From the IMG/VR virus record IMGVR_UViG_3300025723_000078, positions 1-41,463 of that record: a stretch of 41,463 nucleotides of DNA; one strand, written 5' to 3'. Of this stretch, positions 19,166-27,417 are shown one piece after another. The position numbers were made by a program, and so were the translations under genes. The number at the start of each line of letters is the position of its first letter. The first letter of the stretch is position 1. The stretch comes from a virus. Taxonomy: Duplodnaviria; Caudoviricetes. Under the pieces are notes generated by a model, which worked only from the letters and a program-made list of their open reading frames with translations, was not told the origin of the DNA and did not search any database.

Positions 19166-19429
19166 CTATTGAACTACAACAAGTTTGGTTGAGATGGTTG
19201 CTGTTCGAGCCTGGATAACCTTTTCCCAGGCTAGGGCCAGGACGAAATCATCAAAATGTCTAATCGTGGTTGTAGTACCATCATTGTTGTTTGTTATACT
19301 GTTGGGCTGAACAAAGCTGAGTCCAGCAGCAGATAGATCTGCCAGATAGACTGCACCAGGAGCAAGATTTCCGTTGGAATCAAACTGCATTTCAGCAGTA
19401 TGACTTACTGTTGTTATTTGATATGGCAT
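19166..19429 (-). CDS. hypothetical protein
   Basis: AGGAG RBS; TAAATA at 19457-19462. Confidence 0.65.
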   Translation of the reverse strand: MPYQITTVSHTAEMQFDSNGNLAPGAVYLADLSAAGLSFVQPNSITNNNDGTTTTIRHFDDFVLALAWEKVIQARTATISTKLVVVQ

Positions 19430-19473
19430 TTCAAGTCTCCTGGTAACTGATATTGTTATTTATCAAAATTTCA

Positions 19474-20577
19474 CTAGAATGTGAGGCGATAGTGTTTTGA
19501 TCTAAACTGTCGTATGCTGAAAAAATTGTTTGGATCCTGTAACAGATACTTGCCGGCACTGTCAGTGACCACGCTGTTGATGCCAGCAAGATAATTTTTT
19601 ACCACTCGATCGTTGAAACCATCTTCGAACCATTGCCGAAATCGACCGTGATGGAAATATTTTTCAAATCTTCCGGTGTCAGACAGCGTAAGTACCGATG
19701 TGAAATTTCCTTGATGCGCATGGTGACTGGAATTGAGGTCACCAAATCTTCCACAACCGTGGATGCTGTAGTCAAACCAGCTGAACCGAGTGGCATTGTG
19801 AACCTGATTGTAATCGGCCAGCTGTTCGGGTCGAGTCGCTTGCGGGCGAAGGCTTTTCACATAGTTCAGCAACATGTAGCTTTGTTTGACATGCAGTTCT
19901 GGCAAAGCAGGATCTAGATAAAAACACACCAATCGCGGCTCGCCCATGGGTCTACAAAAATTTTCGTCATCCTGGTACGAATAGACACCAGTGTGATCAA
20001 AATGCAGTCGAGGTTTTTCCAGTCCTATCACGGCTACAAAATCGCTAGTATCCAGGATTTTTTCCACGTGTGCCAGGCTAGGAGCATCACCAGCGTTGGC
20101 GAGTCCCCATTGGTATCGCATGGGTTTTTCCCAGATCCAGTTTTCGTTGCTGTATGTTGAATCGTTGGTCAGGAATTCAGACTCGTGTCTGTACACGATT
20201 TTGGTATCGCTGTGAAATCCTCCGTTGTGCAACAGTTCCAGCACCGGTTGTTGTTCGTGTGATTCATATTCGTGCAGTCTGATGTAGACCAAATCGATGA
20301 ATATGTTGTTTCTTTTAAAAACCTGGTACATGGTATAGCTGTCAGTGCCGCCACTGAAGAAAAACACTATGGGTTTTTTCATGGTTGCGATCTGCAGAGC
20401 CCGGATATCTAACAGTTGGTCCCACGTGGTTTCTGGCTCTTGGCTCCAGTCACATTGGTCAAATGCTTCATCGTAAAGATTGAATCTTATCTGCAGATCA
20501 TGTTTGGATGCGTGGCTGGCTGCTAGGAATTTGTTGAAAAATGTCTGATTCCTTACTTGATAATATATGTTGGACAT
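19474..20577 (-). CDS. PP-loop (adenine nucleotide alpha hydrolase-like) protein
   Basis: FSGGTDS motif; G.EKP. Confidence 0.6.
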   Translation of the reverse strand: MSNIYYQVRNQTFFNKFLAASHASKHDLQIRFNLYDEAFDQCDWSQEPETTWDQLLDIRALQIATMKKPIVFFFSGGTDSYTMYQVFKRNNIFIDLVYIRLHEYESHEQQPVLELLHNGGFHSDTKIVYRHESEFLTNDSTYSNENWIWEKPMRYQWGLANAGDAPSLAHVEKILDTSDFVAVIGLEKPRLHFDHTGVYSYQDDENFCRPMGEPRLVCFYLDPALPELHVKQSYMLLNYVKSLRPQATRPEQLADYNQVHNATRFSWFDYSIHGCGRFGDLNSSHHAHQGNFTSVLTLSDTGRFEKYFHHGRFRQWFEDGFNDRVVKNYLAGINSVVTDSAGKYLLQDPNNFFSIRQFRSKHYRLTF

Positions 20578-20670
20578 GTGCCAATTCTGTAGTGTGTTGT
20601 ACAAATATTTATTGGTACGGGTACCTCAATAAATAAAATCCAAATCACTCAATGAACTGGATCAACAAAT

Positions 20671-21573
20671 ATGAAAAAGATAATTTTACTGATGTCAATT
20701 TTTTTATCGGTCACCTGCTCGGCTGAGTCCTTGCGCATCATGGTGTCGTACCCGGCCGGAGGCGCTGGGGACCTTGTGGCCAGGTTCGTGCAACAACAAT
20801 TGAACAGTCAAGGCGATACTGTGATGGTGTTAAATATGCCTTCGGCCGGTGGCCAAATGGCTGTCAAAGAATTCGCCAGATCTCCAGCCGATGGCACTGT
20901 GTTGTTGTTGACTGGAAGCGGACCGATGGTATTCAAACCATTGGAAAATCCAGAGCTGAGAACCACAGTGGACTCGTTGACACCCATGATGTATACTGCC
21001 GAACTTGTTTATGCGGTAGTGGCCAGTAAAAAAAGCGGAATCACATCCTGGGCACAGCTGGAACAACAGGCTCGTTCTCGACCAATCGCAGCGGGCAGTT
21101 CCAGTGCTACTAACACCGCAATTGCCAAGGCGATTCTCGGTCGCATGGATGTGACCTATGTGCCCTACAATGGTGATACTCCTGTGGTACAGAATCTTCT
21201 CAGCAACACCCTAGACATAGCATTAGTGACCTACGCCAGTGTGTATGAACAAATTGTGAGCAACAATGTTGTGCCCCTGGCCTTGACTGAAGAATACCAT
21301 AACAACAACGATGCTGTCAAAATACCCAGTCTAAAAAAACTAGGCCAGGATTTTGATTATACTGGTTTTTATGCCATGTACCTGCCACCCGGGACCGCTA
21401 GCGATATACGAGACCATTGGTACAAAAAAATGACCAAGATATTTGATTCTGCGGAAGCACGCGAATTTTATCAGATGCATCAGATGCTGTTGCCCTGGGC
21501 AACAGACTATCGTGCGCTCGATTCCAAGGTACGAGCCGACACAGCCCGATGGCACAATCTTTATCAGCATTGA
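20671..21573 (+). CDS. Bug/TctC tripartite tricarboxylate transporter substrate-binding protein
   Basis: V.YPAGG..D.VAR, N.P.AGG, ADG..LL, VPY.G motifs; signal peptide. Confidence 0.88.
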   Translation: MKKIILLMSIFLSVTCSAESLRIMVSYPAGGAGDLVARFVQQQLNSQGDTVMVLNMPSAGGQMAVKEFARSPADGTVLLLTGSGPMVFKPLENPELRTTVDSLTPMMYTAELVYAVVASKKSGITSWAQLEQQARSRPIAAGSSSATNTAIAKAILGRMDVTYVPYNGDTPVVQNLLSNTLDIALVTYASVYEQIVSNNVVPLALTEEYHNNNDAVKIPSLKKLGQDFDYTGFYAMYLPPGTASDIRDHWYKKMTKIFDSAEAREFYQMHQMLLPWATDYRALDSKVRADTARWHNLYQH

Positions 21574-21727
21574 GCTCGAGTATCAATCAGCAGTAGAACT
21601 TGAATTATTGTGACTATCATAAAAGTAAATAGTTTACGTTGAATATATCGACCTGGCACTAGTCTAGAATCTGGTGTAATATATCATATCTTTGGTCAAT
21701 TAAATTTTAATTTTGAAAGAACAACAA

Positions 21728-22420
21728 ATGTCAAAACCATTAATTTTTCTTGGATGCGGTCAAATCCTTCCAGATCTAATAGAACATTTTGAAATAGGCG
21801 GATTTGAAGTTCGTGGTATAATTGATAGTGACTATTACGGCAACACCGCAGATATGTATGGGTTACCGATTATAGCATCTGAATCTGCCTGTGATTTTGA
21901 ACAATTGAAACAACAGTATGATTTTTTTATAGGTGTTAATCCGGTACCCTCGGTAGCACGCAATGTAGGAAAAAGAATCAAGTTTATAGATTTAGTAGAT
22001 CAACACCAATTGACCTGTGCAAATTTGATGGTGAGCCAGGTAAGTCGTATCAGTAAAACAGCAAAGTTTGGGCAGGGTGTTTGTGTAGCACACTTTGTGG
22101 ACATACACTCAAATACAGAGTTTGGAGATCACTGTTTTATACATGGAGCCACTCAAATTTCTCATGGGTCCAGGCTAGGCAAAAATGTAACAATTCAACA
22201 CGGATGCTTTGTTGGAGGAAATACAGAAATTGGAGAAAATACCTATGTGGGTGTTGGTGTACGACTCATGAAGATCGGTGGCAACATGCGAATTGGAAAA
22301 AATGCAGTAATACATCCGGGACTCACAGTGCTACGCGATGTTGAAGACAACGAAATTGTCAGCCTAGTCGGCGGCAACACTCGACGAATTTATCAACAAC
22401 AGGAGATATCAAATGTTTAA
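21728..22420 (+). CDS. NeuD/PglD-like sugar O/N-acetyltransferase (hexapeptide repeats)
   Basis: N-terminal Rossmann-like LIFLGCG followed by left-handed beta-helix IG repeats. Confidence 0.8.
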   Translation: MSKPLIFLGCGQILPDLIEHFEIGGFEVRGIIDSDYYGNTADMYGLPIIASESACDFEQLKQQYDFFIGVNPVPSVARNVGKRIKFIDLVDQHQLTCANLMVSQVSRISKTAKFGQGVCVAHFVDIHSNTEFGDHCFIHGATQISHGSRLGKNVTIQHGCFVGGNTEIGENTYVGVGVRLMKIGGNMRIGKNAVIHPGLTVLRDVEDNEIVSLVGGNTRRIYQQQEISNV

Positions 22421-23207
22421 AAATATTTCCAAAGCCATATGGTTTGTTTGGATACCTGTGCTTGTGTTGGCCGGAAGTGCTGTCTACATGTTGGCCATAG
22501 GTATAATTGCTGCGCATTATCTTTGTGCCACTCTGATTATGTGGATGTTGGTATGCGGACTAGGTGCCGAAGTAGGGTATCATAGAGTGTTCAGTCATAG
22601 AACACATCACCTGCCAGCCTGGAAAGAAAACATCATATTATTCTTTGCTGTGTTTTCGGGTCAGGGGTCCAGCATCATGTGGACCGCACTGCATAGAGGA
22701 TACCATCATTCACACTGTGATACCAAAAGAGACATCCACAGCCCGGTAGCACACGGATTTTTTCATGCTTTTGTTGGCTGGTATTTTCAAATCACCCAGA
22801 ACAACATGATGATCAACATCAGGTACGCGGTTGATCTTTTACGAAAACCCAATCATGTATGGTTTCATAGAAACCAATTGAAGATCATGTGGCTGGTTCC
22901 TTTGATAGTGTGTGTAGTGGATTGGCGCCTGGCATTCACTGGATTTTTTCTAGTAACCGGCATATCATTTTTTCATGCCAACATTACCAACACAGTGGGA
23001 CACATACGCAGCGGCATTGGCTACAGAAATTTTGAAACTCAAGACAGAACCTACAACAACATCTTGACCGGATATCTGACCTGGGGTGAAGGGTGGCATA
23101 ACAATCATCATCACTGTCCGGGCAATTATGATTTTGGTTCAGGCATCAGCGGTCGTTGGTGGGAATTTGATGCCTGCAGGATATTCCTGCCATTTTTAAA
23201 ATTATAG
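22413..23207 (+). CDS. membrane fatty-acid (delta-9-type) desaturase
   Basis: His boxes GYHRVFSH, HRGYHH, GEGWHNNHH; D.HSP; W.E.D. Confidence 0.9.
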   Translation: MFKNISKAIWFVWIPVLVLAGSAVYMLAIGIIAAHYLCATLIMWMLVCGLGAEVGYHRVFSHRTHHLPAWKENIILFFAVFSGQGSSIMWTALHRGYHHSHCDTKRDIHSPVAHGFFHAFVGWYFQITQNNMMINIRYAVDLLRKPNHVWFHRNQLKIMWLVPLIVCVVDWRLAFTGFFLVTGISFFHANITNTVGHIRSGIGYRNFETQDRTYNNILTGYLTWGEGWHNNHHHCPGNYDFGSGISGRWWEFDACRIFLPFLKL

Positions 23208-23342
23208 GGGATGAGTATAACAGCAAAGCAACAGGTAATGCAAACAGTGGCACACACTCTGGGATGCTCCGATCGAGTCAAATTGACCGGCAAAGAATGA
23301 TCTAATCAGTCAGAGTTCAATATTATAAAAATAAATAGTCCT

Positions 23343-23822
23343 ATGCCAAATTTTGAATACATCGACCTACCACCTATTCCGGAATTTCTGTGGCCAGACA
23401 TATATTTGGCAATAGATAACAATCAGGCGTATTCGACTCCCACGTGTACTACGTATCGTATTTGCGAAGCAAGAAAAAATCTGTACGATTTCATATCAAC
23501 AATTTTTGATCCCAAAATCTACACCTATGACAGTGTCAACGTGCAACAGTTTGTTGCCCATGGCAAAAAACATGTCGATGGCCGTAGAAATTTAACCTAT
23601 AATTTTTTGATAGATCAAAGAAATCCCACAGTAACCACCAATTGGTACCGGGATCAAGCAGATACGGTGCCGTATGAAAGTCATGTGATTGAACCACTAA
23701 GGTGGCACAGACTCAAGGTCGATGTATACCACGAAGTCACAGGATTCCGACCAGGTGATCGAAGACTGGGTGTTTGTGTTTTTGAAAGCTTCAAAAACAC
23801 CCCAAGATTAACATCGCTGTAG
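23343..23822 (+). CDS. putative 2OG-Fe(II)/cupin-fold protein
   Basis: HVD...H..V...R facial-triad-like pattern; TAAATA at 23332. Confidence 0.45.
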   Translation: MPNFEYIDLPPIPEFLWPDIYLAIDNNQAYSTPTCTTYRICEARKNLYDFISTIFDPKIYTYDSVNVQQFVAHGKKHVDGRRNLTYNFLIDQRNPTVTTNWYRDQADTVPYESHVIEPLRWHRLKVDVYHEVTGFRPGDRRLGVCVFESFKNTPRLTSL

Positions 23823-23969
23823 CATCAACATTGTGTGAGTTGCAACCATATAGTTGTTATGGTTGACATACAATGTCAAAGTCAATTATAATTATTGCTA
23901 AGATACAATTTTTACCCGCATTGAGTTTGACGTATTTGTCCAATAACATGCAGTTAATCAACCACTTGG

Positions 23970-23998
23970 TTGACAGAGATATAAATAGATCGTACAAT
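23970..23998 (+). promoter_or_regulatory. dual promoter: sigma70 (TTGACA-N17-TACAAT) with T4-type late TATAAATA inside the spacer
   Basis: TTGACAGAGATATAAATAGATCGTACAAT upstream of the leader ORF and tRNA array. Confidence 0.7.
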
Positions 23999-24031
23999 CA
24001 TTGTATAGTATAAAATTTAATGGAAAAGCAA

Positions 24032-24169
24032 ATGTCGCACATACGATTACATTCGAAGTTTAATTGCACCAAGCAGATGGGCGTGGGCGCCTATTGGTCA
24101 GCGATTAGTCTGACGAATGATCGCGCACCGGCAGAGCAGATCTGGGTTCATGAAGGATGGAATAGTTAG
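24032..24169 (+). CDS. putative attenuator leader peptide (45 aa, all 20 amino acids)
   Basis: MSHIRLHSKFNCTKQMGVGAYWSAISLTNDRAPAEQIWVHEGWNS*; lies between promoter and terminator; an in-frame upstream ATG at 24020 is also possible. Confidence 0.6.
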   Translation: MSHIRLHSKFNCTKQMGVGAYWSAISLTNDRAPAEQIWVHEGWNS

Positions 24170-24194
24170 GTAAAATTATTCCGCAAACTTCAAG

Positions 24195-24230
24195 AACCCT
24201 GGAACTAACAACTCCGGGGTTTTTTGTTTT
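24195..24230 (+). terminator. intrinsic terminator (attenuator) upstream of the tRNA array
   Basis: AACCCTGGA-9nt-TCCGGGGTT-TTTTGTTTT; 5' arm overlaps the alternative helix 24144-24155/24188-24199. Confidence 0.8.
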
Positions 24231-24332
24231 AAGTGTCTCGGAAACGAGGTCCATAACAAGGCACTATAAAGACAGCATGTTGAACGGGCGGGTACTAGGA
24301 TGGAGTCTCTCTTGTGAGATGAAAAATCAGTA

Positions 24333-24406
24333 TATAGTAAAGCACACTGAAAGTGGCAAGCCGGACCATGGTCCCTCGGGGATCTCGGACAGTGTGCTTT
24401 ACTATA
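24333..24406 (+). ncRNA. long-stem ncRNA candidate
   Basis: Perfect 17-bp inverted repeat TATAGTAAAGCACACTG/CAGTGTGCTTTACTATA enclosing 40 nt. Confidence 0.5.
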
Positions 24407-24463
24407 CACATTCTGGAACCCGGTGGGAGTGAAATCGCCGTGGCGGAGTGTGTTAAAATCTAT

Positions 24464-24539
24464 TCCATCTTAATATTCTTGGCGAGTATGCCCGGCTGTT
24501 AACCGGAGAAGGTTGGTTCGAATCCAACAGATGGAGCCA
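24464..24539 (+). tRNA. tRNA-Asn(GTT)
   Basis: TCCATCT/AGATGGA-GCCA; CT-GTT-AA loop; TTCGAAT T-loop. Confidence 0.85.
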
Positions 24540-24547
24540 AACAATTT

Positions 24548-24622
24548 GGGGGCAGTAGTGGGCTACGGGTATCCCTTGCAAGGATGCTGTCTAGAAGGAT
24601 TCGATTTCCTCGGTCTCCACCA
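24548..24622 (+). tRNA. tRNA-Ala(TGC), atypical D/T arms
   Basis: G3.U70; ATCC-CTTGCAA-GGAT; ends ACCA. Confidence 0.65.
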
Positions 24623-24629
24623 AGTTTTT

Positions 24630-24704
24630 AGGCTTGACGCTGAAATGGTTTCAGCCCGCTACGACATAGCGAGTTAGGTGGTTCGATTCCACACTAGCCC
24701 ACCA
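24630..24704 (+). tRNA. tRNA-Val(GAC)-like, degenerate
   Basis: CGCT-ACGACAT-AGCG; T-arm GTGG-TTCGATT-CCAC; mismatched acceptor stem. Confidence 0.5.
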
Positions 24705-24716
24705 ATTTTTAAATAT

Positions 24717-24800
24717 GGAGCAGAAGCATCAATGGTGATGCAGCAGACTGTAAATCTGTCGCCGCTGGCACGCCTGGTTCGATCCCAGGATGCTCCACCA
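24717..24800 (+). tRNA. tRNA-Tyr(GTA)
   Basis: CT-GTA-AA loop, long variable arm, ACCA. Confidence 0.9.
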
Positions 24801-24801
24801 A

Positions 24802-24875
24802 GCGGGTATCGTAAAATGGTATTACCCTAGCCTTCCAAGCTAGAGTCGCGAGTTCGATTCTCGCTACCCGCTCCA
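24802..24875 (+). tRNA. tRNA-Gly(TCC)
   Basis: GCGGGTA/TACCCGC-TCCA; CT-TCC-AA. Confidence 0.9.
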
Positions 24876-24877
24876 CT

Positions 24878-24953
24878 AGAAGTATAGCATAGCGGCTAAT
24901 GCAACGCCTTCATACGGCGGAGACCGTTGGTTCGAATCCAACTACTTCTACCA
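24878..24953 (+). tRNA. tRNA-Met(CAT)
   Basis: AGAAGTA/TACTTCT-ACCA; TT-CAT-AC. Confidence 0.8.
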
Positions 24954-24973
24954 ACACTAACTCAAGGATGGTC

Positions 24974-25447
24974 ATGTATCAAGCAATCAATATCGATGCA
25001 GTCAAGAATTTCATACAAGCGCAAACGCCAGAGACCAGAATCTATATCGGTGGCGACAGTGAACGATTCCGAATGAACGGCCAATGGTACGCTGACTATA
25101 CCTTGGCCATCGTGGTACACATCAACGGCAACAACGGTTGCAAGATCTTTGGAGAAACACAGCGCGAACGAGACTGGGATCAAAAACGAGACCGTCCTCG
25201 CATGCGACTCATGAACGAAGTGTACAAGATCGCTGAACTGTATCTCAAACTGACCGATGTGCTGGAAGATCGTGCCGTGGAAGTACACCTGGACATCAAT
25301 CCCGATGAAATGTACGGATCCAGCTGTGTGATACAGGAAGCTGTGGGTTACATACGTGGCATGTGCAACGTGATACCTGTGGTCAAGCCCCGAGCATTCG
25401 CTGCCAGCTGTGCAGCTGATCGTATGAAAATGATTTTGGCAGCATAA
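24974..25447 (+). CDS. RNase H-like YkuK/DUF458 family protein
   Basis: IYIGGDS...RL..EV...EVHLDIN...KP.A.AAS..AD pattern. Confidence 0.8.
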   Translation: MYQAINIDAVKNFIQAQTPETRIYIGGDSERFRMNGQWYADYTLAIVVHINGNNGCKIFGETQRERDWDQKRDRPRMRLMNEVYKIAELYLKLTDVLEDRAVEVHLDINPDEMYGSSCVIQEAVGYIRGMCNVIPVVKPRAFAASCAADRMKMILAA

Positions 25448-25453
25448 AGTTTC

Positions 25454-25529
25454 GCCCCATTAGCTCATCTGGTAGAGTACCTGTTTTGTAATCAGGATGT
25501 GGTCTGTTCGAGTCGGACATGGGGCACCA
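25454..25529 (+). tRNA. tRNA-Thr(TGT)
   Basis: GCCCCAT/ATGGGGC-ACCA; TT-TGT-AA. Confidence 0.88.
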
Positions 25530-25715
25530 GTGTTAACACGGCCCTCCTCTGTTGCTTGACTGGACAGCTGGAGGGTTTTTACGCCTCGTTGGTTTGATTC
25601 CATTCTGGGGCAACAAGTTTTGAAGAAGCCTGGTTCAAATCCGGCCTGCCGGGAAACGGTTAACAGTCCGTCCTAGCGGTAGATTAATAATTGATAAATC
25701 ATCAAATTCAACAAT

Positions 25716-25794
25716 CTCGGGTTCGCCTAATCTGGTTATGGCACCTGGTTTGGGACCAGGAAAAATGAGAGTTCAAATCCCTCACCCGAGACCA
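25716..25794 (+). tRNA. tRNA-Pro(TGG)
   Basis: CTCGGGT/ACCCGAG-ACCA; TT-TGG-GA. Confidence 0.88.
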
Positions 25795-25800
25795 TACATA

Positions 25801-25874
25801 ACCTGGCTAGCTCAAAAGTAGAGCACACGACTGATAATCGTGAGACAGAGGAGCATTACCTTTGCCAGGTACCA
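25801..25874 (+). tRNA. tRNA-Ile(GAT), atypical T-loop AGCATTA
   Basis: ACCTGGC/GCCAGGT-ACCA; CT-GAT-AA. Confidence 0.8.
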
Positions 25875-25884
25875 AGCAGTCGAC

Positions 25885-25958
25885 ACCTCGTTAGTTTAAT
25901 GGTAGAACTCCATCCTTACACGGTGGTTACGGTGGTTCGATTCCATCACGAGGTACCA
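25885..25958 (+). tRNA. tRNA-Val(TAC)
   Basis: ACCTCGT/ACGAGGT-ACCA; CT-TAC-AC. Confidence 0.88.
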
Positions 25959-25963
25959 ACAAT

Positions 25964-26040
25964 GGGTCCTTAGCTCAATTGGATAGAGTTCTGGTCTTCG
26001 AAACCAGCGGTTGGCGGTTCAAGTCCGTCAGGACCCACCA
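25964..26040 (+). tRNA. tRNA-Arg(TCG)
   Basis: GGGTCCT/AGGACCC-ACCA; CT-TCG-AA. Confidence 0.9.
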
Positions 26041-26058
26041 TTATGAAAGGAAAGTAAT

Positions 26059-26304
26059 ATGCATGATTATACAGCAAAAATTGCTCGAGCAGATCTAGTA
26101 CACGGTGCCTACTACACCGGGCGATGTCGTAATGCCACAGTGGCTCGCTGGAATGCGGACGAAGGACAATTTTATCATTGGCGTTACAAGTTTGGATGGC
26201 ATGTGGACTGTATACGCCATCCAGAAGATGAGCAGTATTTTGATGTGTTTGTGGTAGAAGCCCAGTTACCGGGTGTACCAGAAAAACCAATACCATTTGA
26301 TTAA
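26059..26304 (+). CDS. hypothetical phage protein
   Basis: AAGGA RBS; Y.G.CRNA..A.W motif. Confidence 0.7.
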   Translation: MHDYTAKIARADLVHGAYYTGRCRNATVARWNADEGQFYHWRYKFGWHVDCIRHPEDEQYFDVFVVEAQLPGVPEKPIPFD

Positions 26305-26315
26305 GGAGAAATCGT

Positions 26316-26459
26316 ATGAAACCACGCAATATATTTGCTGTGTTGGCCAATAAACGGAAGGCGGGCTCGCACCGCAAGAGCACCAAAGCTCTACGTAAGC
26401 TAACGAAACAATCGGGGTATGGTGAACAAATAACCTCCGCAAACATTAAAGTGATGTAA
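26316..26459 (+). CDS. small basic protein (47 aa) whose 3' end overlaps tRNA-Lys
   Basis: AAGGAG RBS; MKPRNIFAVLANKRKAGSHRKSTKALRK... Confidence 0.6.
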   Translation: MKPRNIFAVLANKRKAGSHRKSTKALRKLTKQSGYGEQITSANIKVM

Positions 26460-26507
26460 CAGGCTTTTAACCTGTAAAACTAGGAGCATTACCTAGGCGG
26501 GGGACCA
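26434..26507 (+). tRNA. tRNA-Lys(TTT), atypical T-loop AGCATTA
   Basis: CCTCCGC/GCGGGGG-ACCA; ACAGG-CTTTTAA-CCTGT. Confidence 0.75.
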
Positions 26508-26558
26508 ATAGAGTTTTTCACAGATAGAGCTAAATACTGCTAACAAGGAGCTCTACCT

Positions 26559-26969
26559 ATGAAAAATTTTAAATGTCTAAATTGTAATAAAGAACAACCC
26601 ATTAAAGGGCATAGTTATACTGGCAAATATTGCAATAATAAATGTCAAGCCGAACATCGTACAAAACAATGGTTTATAGATAATCAACCATTATTTGAAA
26701 ATGGTACATTAAAAAGTCGAGTATCTATAAAAAAGTTTGTTACTATTAGGGATGGATATCATTGCTCTATTTGTAATCAGCAACCTGAACATAACGGAAA
26801 ATCATTGATAATGATATTGGATCATATTGATGGAGATGCAAGTAATAATAAACCTGAGAATTTTAGATTAGTATGCCCAAACTGTGATACACAGTTACCA
26901 ACATATAAAGCTAAAAATATAGGTAACGGGCGTGCCACTAAAGGTATGCCTTGGTACAGTGGATTATAA
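26559..26969 (+). CDS. HNH homing endonuclease inserted in the tRNA array
   Basis: C..C, YC...C, C..C, LDHIDG...NN..EN.R..CPNC; AT-rich; TAAATA at 26531. Confidence 0.88.
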   Translation: MKNFKCLNCNKEQPIKGHSYTGKYCNNKCQAEHRTKQWFIDNQPLFENGTLKSRVSIKKFVTIRDGYHCSICNQQPEHNGKSLIMILDHIDGDASNNKPENFRLVCPNCDTQLPTYKAKNIGNGRATKGMPWYSGL

Positions 26970-26972
26970 TAT

Positions 26973-27050
26973 GGTGCTTGAGCTAGTGTGGTCATTCAGC
27001 GCGAGTCTGAAGAATTCGAGAACTTGGTTCGATTCCAAGAAGCACCACCA
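26973..27050 (+). tRNA. tRNA-Phe(GAA)
   Basis: GGTGCTT/AAGCACC-ACCA; CT-GAA-GA. Confidence 0.85.
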
Positions 27051-27052
27051 AT

Positions 27053-27128
27053 ACTCTCTTAGCCAAGTTGGTAAGGCAGCGGATTTTGATTCCGCCATGC
27101 GGTGGTTCGAATCCATCAGGGAGTGCCA
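27053..27128 (+). tRNA. tRNA-Gln(TTG)
   Basis: GCGGA-TTTTGAT-TCCGC; ends GCCA. Confidence 0.88.
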
Positions 27129-27136
27129 ATTTTTAT

Positions 27137-27235
27137 GCCCCTGTAGCTTAATGGTAAAGAAACGAGCTTATACCTCGTCAAAGCACGGGCCAGATAAGCC
27201 CGAGTGTAGAGGTTCGAGTCCTCTCAGGGGCACCA
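27137..27235 (+). tRNA. tRNA with TAT anticodon (Ile-UAU) and very long variable arm
   Basis: GCCCCTG/CAGGGGC-ACCA; ACGAG-CTTATAC-CTCGT; about 29-nt extra arm containing CGGGC/GCCCG stem. Confidence 0.75.
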
Positions 27236-27243
27236 AACGATTT

Positions 27244-27333
27244 GCCCTGGTGGCGAAATTGGTAGACGCACTTCTCTCAAAAGGAAGAAGGAAAAACACC
27301 TAGTTGTGAGTTCGAATCTCATCCAGGGCACCA
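27244..27333 (+). tRNA. tRNA-Leu(CAA)
   Basis: GCCCTGG/CCAGGGC-ACCA; CT-CAA-AA; long variable arm. Confidence 0.88.
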
Positions 27334-27334
27334 C

Positions 27335-27411
27335 ACATCTGTAGCTCAGTTGGCTAGAGCATTATCTTGACATGGTAAAGGCCACAGGTTCGAATCCTGT
27401 CAGATGTACCA
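27335..27411 (+). tRNA. tRNA-Val(GAC)
   Basis: ACATCTG/CAGATGT-ACCA; TT-GAC-AT. Confidence 0.9.
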
Positions 27412-27417
27412 AACTCG

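Noticed and set aside
25530-25715. Additional tRNAs between Thr and Pro
   Set aside because: Only fragments (GGTTTGATTCC, GGTTCAAATCC) without a complete cloverleaf; probably decayed tRNA remnants.
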